Positions 55,091 to 64,000 of a stretch of 64,000 nt of DNA are shown here, piece by piece. The stretch is from Octopus vulgaris (Eukaryota): assembly GCA_951406725.2 (NCBI GenBank), contig OX597825.1, positions 7,626,001 through 7,690,000 on the forward strand, given 5' to 3'. Under the pieces are notes generated by a model, which was not told where the DNA came from, searched no databases, and was given only the letters and a program-made list of their open reading frames with translations. Position 1 is the stretch's first letter; every line of letters starts with the position of its first letter. The translations under genes were made by a program, and so were the position numbers.

Positions 55091-55979
55091 TTGTATGTGT
55101 GTGTATACAAACACATACGCACACACAAGCACATACTCACAGGTGTGAATACTATCTATTGTATGATTGTAGTTCTACGTATTGTATACGGCTTCACTCC
55201 AAATGCAGTTCTGTATATTGACAATCTCAGTCTTCTAATTAATAATAACCACGTCAGGCCACATTTAATTAGACAAGAATCTACCCTAAAACTATTTGGT
55301 CAATTGTCGTAATTCAAGAAATGAATGATTAGTAACAATTTTGTTTGAAATTCTGTTTCATTTTGAAGAATCTTTCACGGAAACTTTTCTATTGTTGCAA
55401 CAGGTCAATCTTGGTAAGACAGGAGCAGATGCAATGTTTCTGATGAAGTAGATTATTCACAGAAGAGAATAAAATATCTGAACGGTCATCCACGATCTCA
55501 TTGTAAACTTGTACACTGACCTTCTCAAATATCGTTGGAGAATGATAGAAATTCGTAGGCAAGAATACCGTAACAAAATGCAGTAATTATAGAGTAGATT
55601 AAAATATTTCTGCAACAAGCAATAATATAAAAAAACAGAAATGTCTGAAATATGAAGGAGAAATTGATCTTATATTTTATTTTATTCTATTTTGAACTTC
55701 GGTATTCATTTCGAGAAAGCGTCTCTGGTGGATCTATATCATGCAATGCCAGCGGGGGACTAGCTACTGACGGAGTTCAGTTATGCAGAAATACGTATAT
55801 AGCGATACCACCCACGCTGATGCTCGATTTTCGTCCCTTGCTGATATATTCCTGGAGTTTTTAATACAATAAGTCTATAGAGTGTAATTTAACCGATTCC
55901 AACAACGACATCAACAACAGCAGCAACGATTAACCACTTTAGGATTGATAAACAGATGTGGATAAATATCTACATCATA

Positions 55980-56178
55980 CCTTGTGAGTGAATTTGGTAG
56001 ACGGCCAGTGAAAGAAGCCCATCGTGGGGGTATTTGTGTCCCCTTCGTAAATATATAAGGACATAGGAAATGTGTTAAGGCGCCGACAGGAAGCGTCGAT
56101 GCTTCCTAGGGCTAAACAGCGGTGGTGTAATTCCCTTACAGGACTGTCATGTTAAGTTGACAGTATACAACCACTATA

Positions 56179-56209
<31 letters not shown>

Positions 56210-56211
56210 TC

Positions 56212-56259
<48 letters not shown>

Positions 56260-56540
56260 GTATGTATATATATATATGTGTGTGTGTGTTTGTGTGTGTG
56301 TATACATACACGCTCTTGTGTGCCTTTGTCCCCCCGTTTGTTCCCCCACCACTGCTTTATAAACGGTGTCGATGTGTTTACATACGCGTAACTTAGTGGT
56401 TCGACAAAAGCGTCCGATAGAGTAGGTACCAGGCTTTAAAAACAATTAAGTTCTGGGAGTAGATTCGTTCGACTACAATTCCTCCAGGGCGATGCCCCAT
56501 CATGACCGCAGTCACATGACCGAGACAATAAAAATGAAAG
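55980..56540 (+). mobile_element. Headless SINE family B interrupted by the 56041 element and (TA)n
   Basis: cttgtgagtgaatttggtagacgg...aaagaagccc at 55980; 3' half at 56320-56540. Confidence 0.75.
56041..56170 (+). mobile_element. Diverged homologue of the foldback-element arm with conserved hairpins
   Basis: Colinear with 13577-13705: ccctt.g.aaata, aggaca.ag.aa.tgtgt, tcct.gggctaaa, ccctta, agtatac. Confidence 0.65.
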
Positions 56541-56902
56541 ACAAACAATGCAGAGGACAGCAAGTATATATCAATAACATAATAATATGTTGCGTAGGCT
56601 TAACAAGCTCTAGACAAACACTCGGTTACATAAATGCACAAAGCACAAAGAAAGTCATTTCAAGTTTATATTTCCTAGAAGTATTCACGTCCGCACACAC
56701 GCATAGATACATAACGATTTATAAAAAAAAAAAATCAATTTAGCGCTGTACATATATCTACCCGCGAACCAACCAAGCTACCTATATAGCTGCGTAATAC
56801 ATAAATGTATAACTACAGAACAGTACTGTGATCATCGTCTGCCTGTATATGTATATATGCATGTGTGTATACAGAGAGAGAGGTGGGGGAGAGAACGATA
56901 TA

Positions 56903-56942
<40 letters not shown>

Positions 56943-57001
56943 TATAATTAGGAGTCGACGGATACGTTGACATATTGGGGTAAATTACTAGAAAAATATT
57001 G

Positions 57002-57092
<91 letters not shown>

Positions 57093-58240
57093 ATATCTAT
57101 ATATCTAGCTAGCTATCTACCTATCTATCTATCTGTCTATATATCTATCGATATATATACATATATATATATATGTGTGTGTGTGTGTATTGTCACACAC
57201 ATACACACACACGCACACGAACACAGACGCACACGCACACGTGCGCATATACAGTCAGAAAGCGCGAGAGAGTGAATGAGAGAGAGAAGTGGATGTATAG
57301 ATAACTACTATATACACACATGCTTTTATACCACCCTACCTACACATATAGTTTACACACGCTTTACACAGCATTCCATACGAACACCCGTTACAGAGGA
57401 ACACCTACGAAACTGTAGACTGCTTTAAGTCATATAAGCAGCAAACATAGACCTGTACGCACGCGCATATCACACTGACAAGTACCCACAGCTTTGTACA
57501 CGTGTGTGTGAGTGTGTGTGTGTGTGTGTGTATATATGTGTGTGTGTCTATGTGTAGAGGACGTCACCAACAGTAAACGACATGAAATACGGAAACAAAC
57601 GACTTCAAAGCGCAAAGAACGAGAGAAACAAATGGAAAAGAGGACAAGTAACATAAAGAACGACCCTTCGTCAGTTGTCGGCTGTCTGTCTGCTCGTTAT
57701 TTCGAGCATCGAAAGGCAATATGAGTCTTCGAAGGGAGTTGCTCCCACAAGTAACAAAATACAATTTGGGATTTATGGAGGGTCAAAGTTGGGAATAAAA
57801 ACAGGACGGTGGGGACATACAAGGAAAGCGATACATACATACATACATACATATATACATACATATATATACATACATAGATACATACATACATCCCAAC
57901 CTTGGGATAATAAAAGAAAAAATTTTTTTTCGTTCTTTTTCTTTTAGTCATTTGACTGCGGCCATACTGGAGCACAGCCTTATTAGTAGAACAAATCGCC
58001 TTATTCTTTACATATGACTTCACTAAAGTTCCTGTCACATGGTCATCGCTATTTCAGCCAAATGAATGTTTGTCCCACATCAACTTTTGTAAGGTTTAGT
58101 GACCATTTCACTTTCTGAATCAATGCTGGCCATGAAGTAAGAATATGAATAAATACCTTTAAACTATCACATACACCCACATACAATTGATATGTGTGTA
58201 TGTGTGTCCCCTTGGTCGGGGCCTTATTATTTCTCTAGAC

Positions 58241-58450
58241 CAGTGCTTTTCAAATTTTTTGCTGGAGCGGAACCCCAAGGAAACATTCCACTGGCTCGAG
58301 GAACCCCTGTGCAATAATTTATGCACACATATCTGCACAGGAGACTTAAAAATTACTGCCGATTTTAGCAGTTTTGTAACTTCTTGCGGAACCCCTGGAC
58401 TGTACTGGCGGAATCCTAAGGTTCCGCGGAACCCTGGTTGAAAACCACTG
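58241..58450. mobile_element. hAT (Charlie-like) MITE, 210 bp, intact termini
   Basis: TIRs CAGTGCTTTTCAA / TTGAAAACCACTG; perfect 8-bp TSD CTCTAGAC at 58233-58240 and 58451-58458; subterminal ggaaccc repeats. Confidence 0.95.
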
Positions 58451-59268
58451 CTCTAGACCAATCAAATACAGGGAAACTTCATGAGAAAACCATAAAACTC
58501 CTATACATCAAAAAAGTACAATGATATGTTTAATACATTAAGTTTAATCGGTTGACAGTATATTTCAATTATGTTGGATTGAAGTCGAAAATATTATACA
58601 TGCGATCAACGTCTATCTTAGAATTCCAAAATATCGTTATAGTACAAACTTAGCTTTTAGAATAAACTTCTGACGTGGCACTTGAAACGGTTGCAAGTCC
58701 AAAGTAATCTACGCATCTTGTGCATCAATGTATATATTTTTCTATAAATACGTGTGTGTATGTATGTCTGCATGCTCTGTATGCTGTTTTTAAGTCTTCA
58801 AATTGTTCTTTGAACAAAGGAACTTGTAATTACCAGGTAGAGAAAACTTAAGCGTAGGAATTTAGACAACAAAAACGTTGAGATTTCAATGTTGAAGTTT
58901 AGAAATTGCTTCCACATTATTAACTGTCACGCTTTCATAAAGTTCATGCTCTTTGGTGACCTCATTCCATAAAAATTCTAGATCTTCGAGATTGTGACTA
59001 AGAACTTTTAATCACAGCCAAGTGCAGCAATAATTTTTTTGGCATATATATATATGTGTGAGTTTATCTTTTTTGTGCTCTGCCTGCCTGACTCCCTGTC
59101 TGTCTGTCTATCTATCTACCAATCTAAACACCCATACACACACTCAGAGATACATACATGCATACATACATATAAATATATACATACACATACATAAGCA
59201 TACATGTATGCACATATGTGTGAATACGTGCATTAGTGAGTGTATACATGTACGCACATACACACACC

Positions 59269-59321
<53 letters not shown>

Positions 59322-59521
59322 TCATAAACGTTTGTATATAAGCTGCTATCAATTTCATATTTTCTCAAGTCAGTGTGTGAGGTCAATATAATTTAATCCA
59401 ACATAATTCTCTGTCGATAACATTCAAATCTCAGATGTTTCAGCTACAAATATTTTGCTGTGAATTCAGCAAATTTCAAGATGAAGCCATTGGCTGTTTC
59501 TTAGATGAACTCATATGTGTA

Positions 59522-59590
<69 letters not shown>

Positions 59591-59664
59591 ATATATACAC
59601 ACACTCATGTATATATTTATGTGTATGTGTGTATGTATATATAATGTGTATATGTTCTTTTTTT

Positions 59665-59840
59665 ATTCTTTTTACTTGTTTCAGTCATTCGATTGCGGCC
59701 ATGCTGGAGCACTGACTTTAGTCGAACAAATCGACCCCAGGACTTATTCTTTGTAAGCCTTGTACTTATGCTATCGGTATCTTTAACGAACCACTAATGT
59801 TGCGGAAACGTAAACGCACCAACATTGGTTGTTAAGCGAT
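59665..59840 (-). mobile_element. SINE family B 3' half
   Basis: ttttacttgtttcagtcatt...gcggccatgctggagcac...tttagtcgaacaaatcgacccc. Confidence 0.8.
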
Positions 59841-60281
59841 CGTGCATACATACATGCATATATATGTTCTTCTTGCCAATTACGTCTAATTATTAAATGG
59901 GTATGCACTACTACTACTACTACTACAACAACTACACCACGCTTTTATTAATACTATTTTTAATAATACTTAAGGCGATAATTAACTAAATTATTAATGT
60001 CGGTATTTAGTTATTGCGCTTTGGAACTCTGTTACAACTTTTTTTTACGTTACCATATCTGATCCCGCTCAGCTTAAGTTAACATTCCATCATGGGAAAT
60101 CGATGAAAGAATGCATAAATGAAGTTTTAGAATCGGTGTATACAATCCCACCCTTAAGTATCTTCAACAAATTTTGATTTCCCAGAAAGTTTAGATGTGG
60201 CTCACAACAGCGTACGCGCCTATATTGAAAATATTATTATTTGGGTTAATGATGGTCACTGCTGCCCTACCCTTCCAGTCA

Positions 60282-60620
60282 AGGCGAATGGCATTGGTTA
60301 GAACGTCAGGCTCACAATCGTGAGGTTGTCAGATCGATCCATGTACCGGGCTATGTGCTGTGTTCCTGATCAAAACACTTTATTTCACGTTGCTCCATCC
60401 AGTTCACTCAACTGTAGAAATGACTTGCAACGCCACTGGTGCCAAGCTGTATCGACCCCTTTGTTTTTCTCTTGGATAACATCGGTGACATAGAGAGGAG
60501 AGGCTGGTACGCATGGGTGACGGTTGGCCTACCACAAAACAACCTAGCTCGGATTTGAGTCTCGGAGGATAACTTTCTAGGTGCAACCCCATGGTCATTC
60601 ATGGCCGAAGGGGTCTTTGC
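60282..60620 (+). mobile_element. tRNA-derived SINE, further family, degenerate
   Basis: ggcgaatggcattggttagaacgtcaggctcacaatcgtgaggttgtcagatcgatcc tRNA-like head; acactttatttcacgttgctcc block shared with 47978. Confidence 0.65.
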
Positions 60621-60859
60621 TCTGTTTTTTTTTTACCACTACTTCCTCGCACATCACTATAAACACTAGGCTCAACCGTTCATTACGCGATCGTTCGTCC
60701 CCTGGATTCATTCAACATTCATAGTTTATCCTGCAGACGTTAATATATACAAATTATCAAAGGGAACATTAAAAAGCGTTCATTGAATGGTTTAGGAAGG
60801 ACATGAGAACTGCTGCAGATCGAAGAGATTGGACAGATTAAGATACATTCATATATACA

Positions 60860-60974
<115 letters not shown>

Positions 60975-61296
60975 CTGTACATATGTAGATGGATGAATAA
61001 ATACGTAGAGAGATAGTTTGATAGATAGAGAGATATAGTGAACGAGTTGCTTGTGGTCTGTATGTATGTATTTGCATATACATGTCGACGCATAAATGCA
61101 AACAAACACACACACACACACATCTCTCTGTGCGTGTGTGTGTGCCTGTGTGTGTATATGTTTCAGTCTAAACTTTACAAAAAAGAAGAGAAAACAAATC
61201 CTATTTGAAAACGCGTACATTTGATTGTATCTCGGTTTATTGTAAGAATGAGTGAAGAGATGTAAACAATGCGATAATTTACACAGACCGATGAAC

Positions 61297-61354
<58 letters not shown>

Positions 61355-61631
61355 CGAGAGAGAAAGAAAGAGAGAGAGAAAAACAGAAAGAGAGAAAAAC
61401 AGAAAGAGAGAGAGAGAGTGTGAGATTAAAAGAGAGAGAGAAAGAGTCAGATACATACATACACATGCACAACTATGAGTGTGTGAGTGTGCACATGTAT
61501 ATGCGGATATGCAAATATATGTATGCATACATATCTATATATATATATATATAAATACACAGAAATATACACATACGCACATATATGTATGTGTGTACGT
61601 GTGTGCGTGCGTATGTGGTTATATACGCACG

Positions 61632-61663
<32 letters not shown>

Positions 61664-61713
61664 CAAATATACAAGTATGTATATACAAATATACATAAAC
61701 ACACACGTTTGTG

Positions 61714-61753
<40 letters not shown>

Positions 61754-61939
61754 GTGATACATGATGTATACATACATACATGCCTAACTTCTACCTCTCC
61801 ATCCACCCATGGCATACACACGCGTGTTTTTATCTATTTAACTTCAACAAGACACTCTGCCAATAAACACTTCGTTTCTCAGAATATTTTTTTTATTAAG
61901 TGAGCAAATGCAGACACAATACACAACACACACACGCAC

Positions 61940-61983
<44 letters not shown>

Positions 61984-62160
61984 ACACATATACACACAAA
62001 CGTAAATACACACACGCGCGGGTATACACACGCATGTACACATACACACATCGTTGTATAACAAACAAACGTACGTATGTTTATGTATGGCGGGAGAAGA
62101 CAAGCGATAAAGAGAACATAATCGAATGCTTGTATGAATATGTGTGTGTGTGTGTATGTA

Positions 62161-62215
<55 letters not shown>

Positions 62216-62803
62216 CTGAGTGTGTGTTTGTGTGTGTGTGTGTTTGTGTGTGTGCGGACGGTTTTTCTCTCTCTTTTCATTTATTCTTTCTCTCTTTCTT
62301 TCTTACTTTTTCATATCTTCCTCTGTAGTTACGAAGCGAAAGAACCCTCTCTTTATGCAGCTACATACGTGTGTGTGTGTGTGTGTGTGTTTATGTGTGT
62401 GTTATTTGTATGTTTGCGTGTATGTGAGTATGTGTGTGTTTGCACCGTGCGTGTGTGTTGTTTTTGTCAAACCTAAAATCTTTGACGTTCCACCCGTGAC
62501 TATCCTTTCATTGTCCGTTGCATCACCCTTCCCTTTTTTTTTTTCTTTTCCAGTTCCAGTTGGACAATATACGATCTGTAGGCTTTCTCTGCTACTAGCG
62601 AAGTTGAGTATGAACTGAAGCGAGAGTTCCACTGCTATTTCTAGCATTATTTCATCCCTATTACGTATGCATATATGTCCGCGTAAGCTTTCGTTACTGA
62701 TGCGATTTAAGCGTGATGGAGTAATGCCCGTCCTTACCTCGAACCTACATGTCCACTCCCTTATCACAACAACAACAACAGCAAAAATAATAACAACAAC
62801 AGC

Positions 62804-62857
<54 letters not shown>

Positions 62858-62859
62858 CT

Positions 62860-63078
62860 GTTCTACTCTAGGCACAAAGTCCGATGTTTTGGGGAAGGTG
62901 GGAGGCCAGTCGATTAGATCGACACCAGTACGCATCTGGTACTTAGTTTATCGGTCTCGAAAGGATATAAGGAAAAGGTCGACCTCGTCGGAATTTGAAC
63001 TCAGAACGCGAAGACGGACGAAATATCGCTAAGCATATCGCACGGCGTGCTAACGATTCTGCCAAGCTCACCGCCTTC
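62860..63078 (-). mobile_element. SINE family A (alternative tail) inside (AAT)n
   Basis: ttctactctaggcacaa...gaatttgaactcagaacg...ctgccaagctcaccgcc. Confidence 0.85.
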
Positions 63079-63123
<45 letters not shown>

Positions 63124-63138
63124 TTAATAATAATGATG

Positions 63139-63192
<54 letters not shown>

Positions 63193-63193
<1 letters not shown>

Positions 63194-63352
63194 AGGGCTT
63201 CGTATATTTAACCCCAGTGTCACTTTGATGGCATGCACAAGGGACTAAACATAGAGGGGACAAACAAGGACAGACAAACGGATTAAGTCGATTACATCGA
63301 CTCCAGTGCGAAACTGGTACTTTATTTATCGACCCCCGAAAGGATGAAAGGC
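63193..63352. mobile_element. Chimera: near-3' fragment of the (AAT)n-associated element (+) fused to a SINE A tail (-)
   Basis: gggcttcgtatatttaaccccagtgtcactttgatggcatgcac joined through 'cac' to cacaagggactaaacatagaggggacaaac. Confidence 0.75.
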
Positions 63353-63845
63353 AATAATCCTTTCTTTATTGGCCCTAAGGGCCGACCGAACACAAAATCT
63401 ATAAGGACAATACAAAAAAAAAAAAACAAGGGACAAGTGGGGTTTAAAACAGAAAACTTGTGAACAAAAAACAAAAAAAACAACAACACAAAGACAAAAA
63501 ACTATGCATATAAATACTAGTATTAATAATGTGTAAGAGCAGCAGCAGCGGCCGCAGCAGTAGCAGCAGCAGCAAGAACATTGTAAACAGCGAGTCGTCT
63601 GTCAAACAGCCTGCTTTTACATTCAACCGCTGTAACCATAACCACTTCAGTACGCCTCTTAACACAGCTGCTAATCGATTGATTCAGCCTATTGACGCCT
63701 CTCACTTGCACACTCCATTTCTTACCCTCCTCCCCTTCTTACTCTTCCTCCCCCTCTTCACTTACTCTCCTTCCTCAAAAGTGGTTTTGTTTTTGTTGTT
63801 TTTTTTTCTGCTTGTGTGTGTTTCGGTTTTTGCATGTGAGTGAAC

Positions 63846-63897
<52 letters not shown>

Positions 63898-64000
63898 TTA
63901 GCTCATATGCAAATACCACATATGTATATATACATGCATATATGGGTACAGGATATAAAATAAAACATGAACAAAAAGACGAACAAGAACATAAAAAAAA

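Noticed and set aside
58666-58700. Hammerhead-like ctgacgt...gaaacggtt (also 45045-45066, 47945-47975, 37748-37780)
   Set aside because: Multiple core mismatches or missing stems; could be decayed remnants but not supportable individually.

Overview
AT-rich, microsatellite-saturated eukaryotic non-coding DNA. The repeat repertoire (tRNA-derived SINEs with CORE-like and Meta-like modules, Dong/R4, Penelope-like, RTE, CR1 and mariner/maT relics, piggyBac and hAT MITEs) points to an octopus/coleoid cephalopod genome, in an intergenic or large-intron setting. The taxon is inferred from recognising repeats, not from a search. No intact host gene could be supported: almost all listed ORFs are translations of (TA)n, (CA)n, (AAT)n or (TATG)n tracts, and the only recognisable coding signal is transposon debris. 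Most interesting: (1) a 386-bp foldback element at 13326-13711 whose arm has homologues at 19822 and, diverged, at 56041, with three hairpins kept through compensatory and G-U changes on one strand, a candidate new structured RNA/ssDNA module; (2) a ~155-bp repeat beside (TA)n tracts (1070, 28500) carrying a covarying, non-canonical minimal hammerhead-like motif; (3) multimeric SINEs enclosed by single target-site duplications; (4) two Dong/R4 lineages tied to different microsatellites; (5) a repeat-free 1.9-kb island with a K50-homeodomain/POU/Meis/Fox motif cluster (candidate enhancer). All alignments and folds were done by eye; boundaries of degenerate elements are approximate.
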